A DNA stretch of 64,000 bases, taken from positions 5,828,001 to 5,892,000 of the forward strand of contig NW_024704761.1 in assembly GCF_018977255.1 (NCBI RefSeq), given 5' to 3'. The notes under the pieces are model-generated. The model did no database searches and was not told the DNA's origin. It saw nothing but the letters and a program-made list of their open reading frames with translations. Of this stretch, positions 1 to 12,627 are shown one piece after another (the stretch's first letter is position 1; each line of letters begins with the position of its first letter). The DNA comes from Callorhinchus milii (taxonomy: Eukaryota). The translations under genes were made by a program, and so were the position numbers.

Positions 1-13
1 TGCCACATACACA

Positions 14-317
14 TGTGGAGTCTTGTTGGTTAGAGCGCTCACCTCGCAAGCGTGAGAATCCGGATTCGATTCCCAGGCAGGGCGAAGTGTTAGGCAAGTT
101 TCTTTACTCCACACGCCTATACTTACCTCGCAGTAAGTAGGAACCAAGGTGTTAGTTGATTGACAGATTGCTTTTCTGTGGCTAATAATCCCTTCAAAAA
201 AACTACTAATAATTTTTCACTCAATCAATGACTGTTTATGGGACACTGATGTGTGCAATTGGCTGCTGCATTTCACCCACAAAATATCAAATGCAAGGAT
301 TATTATTATTATTATTA
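14..317 (+). mobile_element. tRNA-derived SINE, older subfamily copy (internal deletion in tail)
   Basis: tRNA-like head (GGAGTC..TGGTTAGAGC..GGATTCGATTCC), shared body motif GCAAGTTTCTTTACTCCACAC, tail ATCAAATGCAAGG+(ATT)n as in the other copies. Confidence 0.85.
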
Positions 318-711
318 TCCTGTCATCAATTGGGGAAGTGACAAAATGTCCAATTTCAAGGTTTCAGGCCATTTGACTTTAATACAGAAGAAGACCTCAA
401 AGATACAATCAACAACTCAGTGTAAAATATTTTGGTGGCATCTATGCTCTCTATTTTCCACCAGATAAGTACTGCAGGTGATAAGGGCCTAATTGATTAT
501 TGACTTTGAGGCATTTAATTAAGTAGACCCTGAACTTGCGGATTTTTAGCTTACTTTTAGTAGGTATTAATTTCCACAAAAATTTTATCAATTAATTTGA
601 CAACACTTCGAGGCATTACCCTGCATGAAGGGCACTATATAAATGCAAGTTGTTGTTATTACACAATAATAGTATATTAATAATAAGTTAACTGATGAGA
701 TTGTCTTAGTT

Positions 712-781
712 TTCACGTGACGTCCTCCTGACGTGAAAGGCGCTTTATAAATGGAATCTTGTTGTTGTTGTTGTTGTTGTG
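712..781 (+). mobile_element. L2-type LINE 3' tail fragment
   Basis: GACGTCCTCCTGACGTGAAAGGCGCTTTATAAATGGAATC+(TTG)n, same tail as 57910-57970. Confidence 0.65.
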
Positions 782-1367
782 AACACCATTTATTTTTTAA
801 AAAATAGATATAATCTTCATTTAAAGGTAACAAATATACTAGAATGTGCATGTCCTCTTGTGTTTATTAGAATGCGATCAAAATGATCAATTAGGTTTTA
901 AAATGGAAATCCAGCTGGTTTAATACGTTCAGCAATATATCGGGTCACCGTGTGCTCTTAGGCACTTCCAGCTTCACAGACAGCTTCATGAAAGTCAGTC
1001 CCAATGACCTGTTGAGATTTCAGGAGCAGATTTGTGAAAGAAACGATGCAGCAACACCCTGTAAAGCTGTGCTCAAAATACTCCTCTCCTGAATAAATCT
1101 GTGAATATTATTTTAAACTGAATCTGACCTCACCGCGGTATTTCCTATGAAGACGCATTCAATTATAAAACATTGCTGGGTTTTTTTTGGTTTGGGTTGC
1201 TTGACAATACAGCAATAATTTGTATCTTCTGTAGGCTAACACTGCTGGTAACACATATTCACTGACTGGCTAGGTCTAGCTCTCTTTCGAGCGTGAGCGA
1301 GTGATTTCTCTTTTCTCTGTAGTGTCACATCCTGGAAATACTGCTACCATATCCTGGTGGTCAGTCA

Positions 1368-1735
1368 TATAATAATAATCCTTGAATTTGATATGGCACC
1401 TTATCATGTCTTCAAGATGATGTCTTCAAGCGACCGACAGAATATACTGTACAGTGAGTTGGCTGTATATTTTGTGGCAGAAACTTGGCAGCATGCCCCA
1501 CAAACAGTCATGGATTCAGTGATCAAATTATTATTATTTTGTTTTTTGAAGGGATTATTAACCCCAGAAAAGCAATCCGCCAATCGATGAATAACCGGCT
1601 TCCTACTTACTTCTAGATAAACAGAGGTGTGTGCAGTAAGGAAACTAGCCTAACATTTGAATCTGCCCGGGATTCAAACCCAGGTCCTCTCGCTTGCAAG
1701 GCAAGTGCTCTAACCAGTACGCGACAGGACTTCAC
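1368..1735 (-). mobile_element. tRNA-derived SINE, diverged full-length copy
   Basis: Reverse strand carries head (..GGTTAGAGCACTTGCCTTGCAAGCGAGAGGACCTGGGTTTGAATCC), the same central insert as 14-317, and (ATT)n tail. Confidence 0.85.
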
Positions 1736-2605
1736 ATATCTTCCTGAGTGTAGTGTTCCTTTCTTTCCCCTCTTTCCCCTCCCCTGCCCCCCTCACCCCC
1801 AGTCTGTGCTGTGAGCTTGCATTCCTCAGAAATCTCTCCTTGGCTCTGAAAAAGACCTCTTTAAGTTTTGAATCTCTGTTCCATATGAAGACTATTTATT
1901 TTGTTTGTAATATCCTGTCAGATCTTGTTTTGGGCCCAGGGCTCAATTTGTTCATATCCTTGCCAAATAGCTCAGACTTATTGGTTTCAACCTTCCTCTG
2001 CGGGGAAGACAAAGTTGGGCACGGTATGACTGGACCAGTAGCTATGTGTACATTGTCCTACAGTCAATTCAAAGCTGTTTTCTTTGAAATACAGAATGGC
2101 TCCTTTATAAAAATAGTGGTTTCTGCCATCAGAAAACATTTATACACAATTCTAATCAGAAACTTTGCAACTGTTTCCTCAATTTGCTTGAAACTGCCAA
2201 ATTTGAAGGCAATAGAATAAATAACAAACCTTGTGTTCAATATACAGGGGAACATGCATTCGTACCAGTCGAGACCATAACATTCAATATGACTTAAGCA
2301 AGGTATGAGTTATGCATAAGCCTGATTTTATATGACTAACACACAACAAATACAAAAAGTTAAGCTTGGATCAGGAGATTTGCATCCCTGGTCATAACTT
2401 CATTACCGCACCGTGGTATTTAAAAAATAGCACTATACATGCAGCACCTCATCGATGCAATTGGTAGATATAGTTGTGGTGATACAAGTTAGGAGGTGAT
2501 TTCCAATAGGATTATTTCGGATCAAGAAATTGTTACGCCTTAGCCGTTTTTCTGACTTGTAAAATCCAACTCGTGCAAAGAAATCAAAGCAGTTCTTAGC
2601 AGGAA

Positions 2606-2715
2606 AATAATAATAATAATCATAATAATCCTTGTATTTGATATAGGACCTCATCACTTCACTGAGATGTCTCAAAGTGCTTAAGAGGATATATTGTAAA
2701 GACTGTGTATTTTGT
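2606..2715 (-). mobile_element. SINE 3' tail fragment
   Basis: (AAT)n-CCTTGTATTTGATATAG..GAGATGTCTCAAAGTGCTT..ATATTGTAAAG matches family tail. Confidence 0.75.
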
Positions 2716-4084
2716 GAGTGATTGAATGGGACTTGGTTGTGTGTGTGATTTGGACTGTTATATGACTTTTGCAAGTTCACCTGTAGTGCTTCTAACGTTG
2801 CAGTGTGTCAAACTGCTTCACAATAATTACTGTTAAGTACAGAGACTGGGAATTTGTAGATGAACATGACAGCCAATTTATGCACAGCAAGGTCCCACAA
2901 ACAGATAGGAGGTGAATGGCCAATGTTTGATCATCAACATGGTTGAGGAAAATGCAGTCTATTGAAAACCACCCAGTAGCATTTAATCGAGTGACAAAAA
3001 AAGACAGATGATGCAGTTTGAAAGACAGATGAACAGGCTTCAACTTGCCCTTCAATTTCCATTTGTTTTCCAAACATGTTACCATACTTGTAAATGTTAC
3101 TTATTTCACATGCAGCTCACCATAAATTTAACTTTGACTTATATTTGACTTCCCACAAATGCACATCATGTGCAAAATGTGTCTTGGGTCTTTCCAGATA
3201 TTATAAAAAGCCAGGGCAGTTTCCAAATAGAATTTCTTATTTGAACGTGTTGTAATTGGTTTATCTGGAAAACGAAGCAAAGCATCCCAGCGAATGAATA
3301 ACATGTAATTATCACTAATAGGTGAAAATTATTTTGGATCTCAGCAGAATTGCCTGTCATTGTCAATCCTGTGGGATTTGAGCTGTAATTTATGTACATT
3401 TTAAATGAAAATAAAAAGCAGTGGCTGAAAGGACTATTATACTAATGAAAACCTAGTACTATACTAACCAGTTTATGAATATGAATGTGTGCGTGCCACA
3501 TCTCAGACAGTCTTCTTGCACATTTGGGGAAAGAGTGCGGGATAAATCAATGCACCCAATAAATGGCAATTCAAAGGAATAAAAAGCTCCTCTTTCAGCA
3601 ATAAAATATATATATATATAAAAAAATAAACGTTGAATATTCAAATCACACCTAGTTCATACCAAGTAAGTTTGTTGAAATAGCAGTCTTTCCCTTTCTT
3701 GGTAATTTACAAACATTTGTCTGGAAAATATTTAAATTAAAATATTTCCTCCTTTTCTTTGAATTTGCATTTGATTTGTGCCCTATCTTTATTAACAAAA
3801 AATATTTACTTTCTATTTTGTTAAAAGCATGATGGAGGATTTTGTTCAATTGTTAACAAAACCCTCCAATTATACAGAGGTCAACAGTTGCATCATTTTA
3901 AGCTTTCAGCATTAACTGAGAATGTGGGAGGCAATATTGTAACTTTGTTTTTGTTTTTTGCCAATGTTGTAGTTTTGCTATATTGTATACCAGTCACTAT
4001 TCAAGCAATAACAGATCGCCTATTCCCACATCTCTGGCTCTGGCAATGTCATTAGGAAGTGTAGGAAAGTGGCTTAGCCTGTGG

Positions 4085-4310
4085 TTTGTGTGCCTTTGTG
4101 CACAACTTGGCTGTCGTCTTCACCTACAAAATAGACAGTCACTACACTTTACAGTAAATCCTGTAAAGTACTTGGAGCCATTTATTCATAATAATAGTAA
4201 CTAATAATCATAATGGTAGCATTTGATATAACTCCTTATTACGTTGTTAAAATGTCTCAAAGCACATTGTACATTGCAAAGTGGATTGACTGTATTTTGT
4301 GGGCGTAACA
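4085..4310. mobile_element. Two SINE tail fragments in opposite orientation (+ ~4085-4190, - ~4205-4310)
   Basis: AAAATAGACAGTCACTACACTTTACAGT (+) followed by GCATTTGATATA..GTCTCAAAGC..AAAGTGGATTGACTGTATTTTGTGGGCG (-). Confidence 0.6.
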
Positions 4311-5679
4311 CAGATAAGGCATTATTATTATTACTACTATTAATAATAATATTATCCTATTCAATATGATGAGGCACGATATTGAATGTAAAGTTTATCA
4401 TAAATATTTTTGTGGTAAAGACTTTTCTACAATGGCCCTATGATGACTGAAACAGAAAACATTGACTTTACAGACAGAAGCTTTTGTAATCCAGCTTCAA
4501 GTCTTTACATTCATTCATAGAATTCAACGAGTCTCGTTTTTATATTTTTTAAAAAAAGCTCTTAACAGCTAAAAATCTAATTTGTTGTGTTTATTCAGGT
4601 GGTTACTTTGTGACCCCATCTTATCGCAGTCACCGAGGAAATCATTTTGATTAATTTCTTTGATTTTCTTGCAGTGTCCTAGGGTCAAACATTTGCACTA
4701 ATCATGCATTGTTAACATGATTTTATGGGCAAACCTTAGTGTCAATTAGTTTTGCAGATCATAAAATATTGTAATTACTGAAACAATAGAAGCATGACAT
4801 GGATATTCCCTGTAAGCATTCAGATGTTCATTAAAATAAACCTATTCTGGTCAGTGGTGGTCGAAGTGGGGGAGGGTAACAGATGCTTGTAACAGGATAA
4901 TTTGAACCAATATCTACATCATGATTAAATCTCACTATTTTATGACTCCCTGGAGCTATCCAAACCATTTGGGTTATGTTAGGTTGATTCAAAATGAATC
5001 TAGCCCTGCAGGATCCCTGTTAGATGATACACCCAGGCTGGTTTGTTCTCTACTTTAAAGGTAAATTGTAAAGAATATCTTTTTTGCAAATAAGATTCAT
5101 TATCTGTTCTTCGACTGGTATCTTCATGCCCCAACCCAACTCTCTGATGGGGATCTAATTATACTATCATTGTGAGCCTCTACAGTTTGCAAATCAATAC
5201 GCTAACCCCAATGAAATCCATTAGGAACTCAATTTCTAGTTGCTTGGTTCATTTCTGCAGCAAAAGGAAACAAAATCATGAAGCACCTAACCATCATTAA
5301 AAGAGCATTTTCACATATTCGACAGTAATTCTGTAACCAACTCTTAACCCATCATCTGCTAGGTTGTGAATTTATTTTAAAAATGCACACGTGAGCCTTT
5401 TTTAAAAAAAACCCAAAGGCAGATAATACCTCTTTAAAAATTATCCATTCACCGAGATATAATGTAAGCAGTTTTGTCACATTTCTGGTAGCCTAGACGT
5501 GACAACCAACTCTCGTGTTGATTTACCGAGGCAATTTGCTTGGTAAGCCAATTATATCATTATGTATATGTTGCTCAGTTGATGAGATCATCACAGACCA
5601 TGTTACATGCTGCAGCTCCCTCTCTGGTGCTTTGGAAATGACACTCCTGATAGCACACTGAGAATAAAGACAAAACAAT

Positions 5680-5800
5680 TCAAGTGTGTTCGCCCTCGAA
5701 ATACACAGACAATCCACTTTACTGTATATTCTGTGAAATGCGTTGAGACATCTCAGCGACATGACAAGGTGCTATATCAAATGCAAGTGCTATTATTATA
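5680..5800 (+). mobile_element. SINE 3' tail fragment
   Basis: CAATCCACTTTACTGTATATTCTGTGAAATGCGTTGAGACATCTC..GCTATATCAAATGCAAG+(ATT)n. Confidence 0.8.
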
Positions 5801-6211
5801 TCATTAACTGCATTATTAATAAGGCAAAACTACCGACTTCAAATTATAATTTATTTAAGACCTTGGTTTAACAGTTCACCAAATATTCTCGTTGATAACT
5901 ATCAACCTTGTTACACCTTGAGTGATACACAGACAGAATGGGGAGGGAGTGGGACATTTAAGCAGCCAATTTTGCCAGATCTCAGTAAACATCAGTTGGC
6001 AAATAAAATATCATTTGTCAATTGGATCATCTAAGAATTGTCTCTCTTTTCCAAAGCATTTTCATTCTCTTTGCAAAAAATCAATCAGCGTTCATCCTTT
6101 CCATTACACATAAGAGGCACTTTGTTTTAGAGCACATGTGCCAGTAAAACACATGATGTACAATTTGTCCCAAGATATTTTCTAACACCATACTCGAATG
6201 AATTAATTACA

Positions 6212-6316
6212 AAATACAAAATATACAGTCGATCCACTTTACAATATATTCTATGGAGTGTTTTGAGACATGTTAACGATGTGATAAGGCACTATATCAA
6301 ATGCAAAGATTATTAC
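6212..6316 (+). mobile_element. SINE 3' tail fragment
   Basis: AAAATATACAGTCGATCCACTTTACAATATATTC..CTATATCAAATGCAAAGATTATT. Confidence 0.8.
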
Positions 6317-6371
6317 TGCTGATTTGTGTGTATGTGTGCTTGTGTGTGCAGGGTATGCCATGTGTGGGCTG

Positions 6372-6693
6372 ATAATAATAATAATCCTTGCATTTGATAT
6401 AGCACTTTTCACGCCTTCGAGATGTCTCAAAGCGCTTCACTGAATATGCTGCAAAGTGAATTGATTGTATATTGGTGGGCGAAACCCGGCAGCCAATTGC
6501 ACACAGCAGCGTCCCACAAACAGTCGTGGATTGAAAATGACCAACTTATTATTGTTTTTGTTTTTTGGAGGGATTATTATTAGGCTGTGTGTGGAGTAAG
6601 GAAACTTCCCAAAGGTTTACGCTCTGCCTGGAATTGTACCCAGGTGTTCTCGCTTGCAAGGCGAGTGCTCTAACCACTGAGCCACAGGACTCC
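6372..6693 (-). mobile_element. tRNA-derived SINE, full-length
   Basis: Colinear with 49988-50300 over head, body and tail. Confidence 0.92.
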
Positions 6694-7279
6694 AAGATAC
6701 TTGTATATATTCCAATAAACCCAAACTATCTAATTTACAGGCTGACCCTGTCTGGCTATAGGGATACTGTGCTGCATCTTGGAATATTTGGAGTCAAATC
6801 ATCACCTCTCTTTTCCATTTGAATGAAATGACACGTTGGGCACCCAATAAATCGATGATCCACTGGAGGGACGTGGTAGACGGACTGAATATGTTTATCA
6901 AACAAATAAACACGAAATGAAGCGACATTACTACAGCAACAACAGCAACAACACATTGTGATGGCGCCCTTCACGTCGGGCTGACGTCCCAATGCGCTGA
7001 GACGATTACACATAACACGCCTAATATCTCCGTGATGGAAAGGAATAAACAAGTTGAGATCAGGGGAATTTTTCGAAGGGTTTACAGTATTTCTCAGTGG
7101 TGCCTGTTATGACTGAGCGGTTGCCCACATATCCGCATGGTATGTCAATTTAGGAGTTTCCAAAAGCTTGTCAGTGTGTTGTTTGTCTCTTCCTTATCAT
7201 ATTCGGAGTATCTTTCGCAATATTTTCACGGGGTGACGAGAGAGAGAGGGGGGGAGAGAGAGAAGGGGAGAAGAGGTCA

Positions 7280-7871
7280 ATCATCCAAAAATTCCCACAA
7301 TAGTTCGCATATCTATCACCGCGATCGCCCGCAACATCTTTTAGCGCATTCTGTAAATCTCACCTCTCCTCCCCTTTGCAACTAACCGACCGGATTTTTC
7401 AGGGAAAGTTGACGTGAACTTTTAAGGGGTAAACTTTTTTTTAAAAAAAAATCCCAAAAAAACCCCTAAAACCTGGCTGCAAATCATTGGGAATCGAGTA
7501 CGCGATCTGGCGTTGTTTGCGCGCAGTTTGCGACTGCTGCGACTTTCGTTAACGATTAAAGGGAATTGGGGGATATTTTTTTTTGAACAAAAAACACACG
7601 AACCAGGGATTACCCTCCCAAAGGGAGAATGTTCAGAATGGGTCGATTTGTGGGATTATCCGCGTTGTGTTTGTTTGGTTTAGTTTTGAGGGAAATTGCA
7701 ACAACAACAACAACAACAAACAAACAAACAAAAAAAAAAACAAACACCTCTTCGCCTCTCTGGGTCGCAAAATAACATTGTCGGGGAATCGGCAAAGGTC
7801 GGATGGGATGGGATGGAACCTGTGGAAATTAATTCGCTGGGAATAAAGAGTTAATGCACTGTGTGTATATA

Positions 7872-7908
<37 letters not shown>

Positions 7909-8150
7909 GGTTCCCTCGGGGAGGAAGTGTGCAAACATAATGAAGGCGGAATGTTAACGTGGATGCCATAGGACTGAATTATTACAGGAAAGGGTTTGCA
8001 CACACCACACACACACAGAGAGAGAGAGAGAAAAAAATAGCTGTTGTGGTCGCTGTGCAACTTTTTCTGGTCAAACGTTCCAACATTCCGTTAAACCACT
8101 GAGCAAAAGGCTCTCTGATGGTTCAGTCAAAACTGCACTTCGAAAAGAGG
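7280..8150. promoter_or_regulatory. CpG-enriched, repeat-free intergenic element (candidate enhancer)
   Basis: Dense CpGs in an otherwise CpG-poor background; GAGGAAGT (ETS), GGAATG/CATTCC (TEAD), TGTGGT/ACCAC (RUNX-like) motifs between (GT)n/(GA)n tracts; function inferred. Confidence 0.4.
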
Positions 8151-8859
8151 GGATTCAGAACTAAAAAGGTTCTTTTTTTTTACAATAGCCCTTTCTAAAT
8201 AGGTGCGTGTGTGAAATAAGAGCAAATCTATTCTAAATAACAGCACTATCCGAGGTAACCAACAACTGACTGACTGCATAAATTGCTCTATAAATACAGT
8301 TTGTTATTGTTGACTGACTGACTGACTGACTGACTGATATTTACTTACTGTAAAATTCTGCTTGCCCCCTCTGCCTCTCAACCCACCAAAGCACCTATCT
8401 TACCCTGGCTGACACTTTGTTAATCGACATGACCAGACACTTTTATTTTAAAAGGAAAAGTCTCTCACTCGGGCTGGGGTGGGAGATGAAATAATTCTAA
8501 TTTTGAATTCTAAAGGCTTTGATTTGATAAGTGTTGGCAAGTGTTGATGACATCAATTGGTGGGGGGGGGGGGGGAATCCGACCGCGGTGAAATGGACAA
8601 AAATGCTTCACTGAAGATTTAAAACAAAGCCCCCAAAATGCTGGGAAATCCTGGACTGGTCAACCAACATCCGAAGGAGAAAAAAATAGGTTAACATTTT
8701 AAAAAGAAACACTGATGCTGAAATAGCCTCCATACCTACATCTGAACATCTATCGCATAATGGAGGGGTGGGGGAGAGGTCTTCATGAAGGAACATAACC
8801 ACTAAGCACAGTAGAGAGATTCTTCCATAAATCTCACATCAGGACATGTGTTGATGGAC

Positions 8860-9050
8860 CATAAGAACATAAGAATTTAATAGGCGAAAGAAGACCAAGG
8901 TCCACCCAGTTTGCCTTTCACCATCCAGACAGTCGCATGATATGTCGTGTCCCAAACTATATATTCTATCCTGTGATATTGTTTCCTGACAGAAATCTAT
9001 CTGATCTGTTCTTCCACTGGCTCCCTAGGAAGCCTGTTCCATACGTTTAC
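8860..9050 (-). mobile_element. CR1-type LINE 3' end relic
   Basis: ATAAGAACATAAGAA terminal repeat followed by AGGCG..AAGACCAAGGTCCACCCAGTTTGCC typical of antisense CR1 3' ends. Confidence 0.5.
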
Positions 9051-9924
9051 TGTCATCAACAGATTGTGGATTTTGTTTTCTCTTTGTTGAGATACTAAGG
9101 GCAACAGTCAGTCCGCATCACATCACCAAGGCTGAAACGTGTAAGAATAACAATGAGATAATTCAAGGAGAGTGGGTAGATGGCAGCAAGATTGACTTTT
9201 AAAATCCTAGTAGTTTGTAGAATTAAGGGCATCTGAACGAGAGGAAGGAAAAGGGATTTTCATTGACGTCATGTGAAAGAATGAGTTTTTGTAGATGTAT
9301 TTTGATTTGATACAGGGAGCACAAGAGGTGAAGGGAAAGAATGTGCTTTGATCTTGAGAGGAACAAGAGGGGGGATGTTGAGAGGAGCAAATACAACTAA
9401 GGAGGAGAAAGGCTGTAATGGAGACAAAAGGAAGGTCAAAACGAGAACGATATATGGAATAGAAAGAAAAAGCTTGGCTCATATATTGCTTTCCACGTTC
9501 ACGTAAGTTGCCTGATTTGTTTTTATTTAGATTTTCTCATCTTTACAGCTCAACCTTTGCATGAGAACAAGGTGGGTCCAAGCTGCTGAACTCCATGACT
9601 CCCATCCATGCTGAGTCATTATTCTGATGAAAATGAGTCATCTGAAGGCATGATTCAACAGAACATTTTTCTGCTTTTCCCTTCAAAGTGGGCTTTGCCT
9701 TTTATTCAACACCTCAAGTCAGATCTGATAGAATTAATTAACAGAAAGCACTAGAGGGAAACCACGTTGGAATGATACACAGCTCTGGAACTCAAAATTC
9801 ATAACTTGCTGTTTGGGGTTATGCATCTTTTCCATTTCCTCATCATAATTTTCTATAAGTTGGTTTTCCGCTGCTCATCTTGAAATAGTCTCTAGATGAT
9901 GAAGTGTGTTGATGTGCATGAATT

Positions 9925-10210
9925 AGCATTGTCCCTCACACCCTCCGCCCCAGCATCGGAGGTCACGCATTCAATCACTTACGGCCTGAAACTCTGGAAT
10001 AATCTCTCTCAATCCCTGCCTTGCCCCTTCTTTTACTTTTTCAAGTGGTGCCCGAAAACCTTCCTCTTCGACCCTGTTTATGGCCACCTCCCAACCCTCC
10101 ACCCCAAACCCCCCTCCCCGGCTCGGAGTCAGGCTCCACCACTGTTAAGCACCCTGAGGCGCTACCCTTCATTGGAAGACATTATACGTGTGCAAGTTGT
10201 CGTCGTCATT
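9925..10210 (+). mobile_element. L2-type LINE 3' end (ORF2 C-terminus + 3' UTR), degraded
   Basis: Fragmentary translation YGLKLWNNL..FK..KTFLFD typical of L2 ORF2 end; C-rich UTR and GCAAGTTGTCGTCGTC tail; homologous to 57705-57970. Confidence 0.7.
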
Positions 10211-10399
10211 CAAATTTCAATCTTGAAATGTTCCAGATGTTACTTATGTTACCTCGTAAGTGAAATAAAAGGATGATGCCTTCAATGAACAAACAAAAGA
10301 TACCGAATATTTAATTCTCGATATTAACTCCTCTCGGGTGAATTTATACAGCATAAACTATCCACCATGATTAGAACAGTGACCTCCTTACTTGGAGTT

Positions 10400-10700
10400 T
10401 GGCTTGGATGTATTCTAAATTGAGTGGCTAGAACATAAATTGCAAGAGGTGATGCTTGACTTCTATAAATAGTTAAGAGTATTGTGTCCAAATTTGGTGT
10501 GTGTTGCCCCCGCCACCCCCAGCCTTTTAGGATGGATATCAGTCCATGAAGAGAATCCAAAGAAAATTTACAAGGATGATACCAGTGATGAGAGATCTAA
10601 GACCAGAGGCTGGGGGAACTGGGCCTATTTTCATTGGAAAGGAGAGTTGAGAGGAGATCTGATGTAGCTCTTTAAAATTGTGAGGGGTATTGATAGGCTT
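10400..10700 (+). mobile_element. CR1-type LINE ORF2 fragment, degraded
   Basis: GAGTATTGTGTCCAAATTTGG (EYCVQFW-like), AGAATCCAAAGAAAATTTACAAGGATGATACCA (RIQRKFTRMIP), LRGDL..FKIVRG.D motifs of CR1 ORF2 C-terminal region. Confidence 0.75.
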
Positions 10701-11476
10701 TGGATAAAAAGAAAATCCGACAACAGCAACTTGCATTCATATAAGTGCCTTTGTAGTGGATAGCATCTCGGAGAGTTGTAAGTGTATTGAGATTGATACC
10801 GTATTATATTGAAACTGAATTGAGATTGTCCCAATTCACTTTATTTGAGAATCACAGTTGGCCAAAGAGATTTGCCTTTCATCCATAGAACCATAGAAGA
10901 CCATCATGTATGTGTTGGCTCTTTCAAAGTACAATCCATTCAGTCTCGTTTACCTGCTATTTCCCCTATAGGCCACGAGTTCCCTCTTTTAATTTCCGAT
11001 CAGAGTGAGGCTTGATCTTTACTGTGTCAATTGATGGTTGTATAATGGTGCAATGTGATATCAGACGTAAAGAGGAAGATAAAAAAAATAAAAGTAAAAA
11101 GGAAACGTATGTGAAATCATATGTGTAACTTAATATGTGCTATATGTAAAATGTTTCAGCATAGGAATGAATACATGACCCACAAATAGTCTGTGAAAAA
11201 GCATATAAATTGTAATGTTAAGAGCAAGAGTTCAATGCATACACAATGGTACCCTCTGTGTTCTTTTGAGTTTGTACAGGTCAAACTTGCAAATTAACAA
11301 AATCCATTATCAAGCACGAGAATCAAGATAAAATAAGAAATCCTCTTGTTGGACCCAATACCATCAAAGAATTTGATGACAGGTGCCCAACCCAGTTATG
11401 TATAGTGTGCTATATATAGTTTAGAATCACTATTTCTCTCTTGTGTGTCTGTAAATATATGTATATTTGTCATACA

Positions 11477-11585
11477 ATAATAATAATCTTTGCATTTGAT
11501 ATAACGCCTTATCATGTCTTTGAGACATCGCAAAGCTTTTCAGAGATTATACTGTAAAGTGAATTGACTGTATATTTTGTGGGTG
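11477..11585 (-). mobile_element. SINE 3' tail fragment
   Basis: Family tail on reverse strand. Confidence 0.8.
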
Positions 11586-11934
11586 AATTTGACTGTATAT
11601 CAATGGTCAGAGGGAGACTTTAAGACCAGAAGTTGCTGATATGATGAATCAGAACTATATTTACTCTCAGAAATTAACCCTCTGGCTGACCTTAACGTAG
11701 CTGCTCCACAAGGCTTTCACCACCGCATGACCAAGTCACACAGTAAAATTATTCACTAACAAAACAATTACAACTGAAATTACTTCTGCCCTTGATCAAT
11801 AGTTCTTTTGCATGGCACGAACGAGAAGCAGACTGCGTCAGCCAGAAATTGTCACTTTTTTGTGCAAATATTATAATAAACTGCTATCAGGATAAACTGC
11901 AACCTGTTATTTACCCTCTGCAAAGCAAAATATA

Positions 11935-12045
11935 GTAATAATAATCCTTGCATTTGATTTAGTGCCTCATCACACCTTTGAGACATCTCAAAGCACTTCA
12001 CAGAATTTACTGTATACTGAATTGACTGTATATTTTGTGGGCGAG
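11935..12045 (-). mobile_element. SINE 3' tail fragment
   Basis: Family tail on reverse strand. Confidence 0.8.
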
Positions 12046-12411
12046 AAAATAAAATGTTTCAGCAGCTTCGGTATTTAAAACTTGCCGAAAAGTGTTGAAC
12101 GTTTTAAAAGTAGACATACTAATAATAGATTAGGATAGGGAAATGACTAGAATACAGCAGCAACAACTTGCATGTATACAGTGCTCTTCATACAGGATAG
12201 CATTTCAAATTGCTGGAATATGGATATGGAAACCAGAATATTACAATTTGGAATAATTAGAGTTTGGAATCATCACTGGATGTAAAACTGCATGACTTGC
12301 TTACTCATAAAATACATTCTCGTTCTGCAATTGCATGTGATAATCCCTCCACCACTCTACAGTGTATTAAACCGAGAATAAAATATGCATTTCTGAATGG
12401 TTCAGTCAACG

Positions 12412-12627
12412 CCTAATAATAATCCCTCCAAAACCAAAAACAATAAATAAATTGGTCATTTTCAATCTACGACTGTTTGTGGGACATTGCTGTACGCAAT
12501 TGGCTGCCGCGTTCGCCCACAAATATACAGTCAATTCACTTTACAGTGTGTTCTGTGAAGCGCTTTGGGACGTCCTCTCGACGTGAAAAGCGCTATATCA
12601 AATGCAAGGATTATTATTATTATTATT
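12412..12627 (+). mobile_element. 5'-truncated young SINE
   Basis: Near-identical to 50101-50300, lacks tRNA head. Confidence 0.9.
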
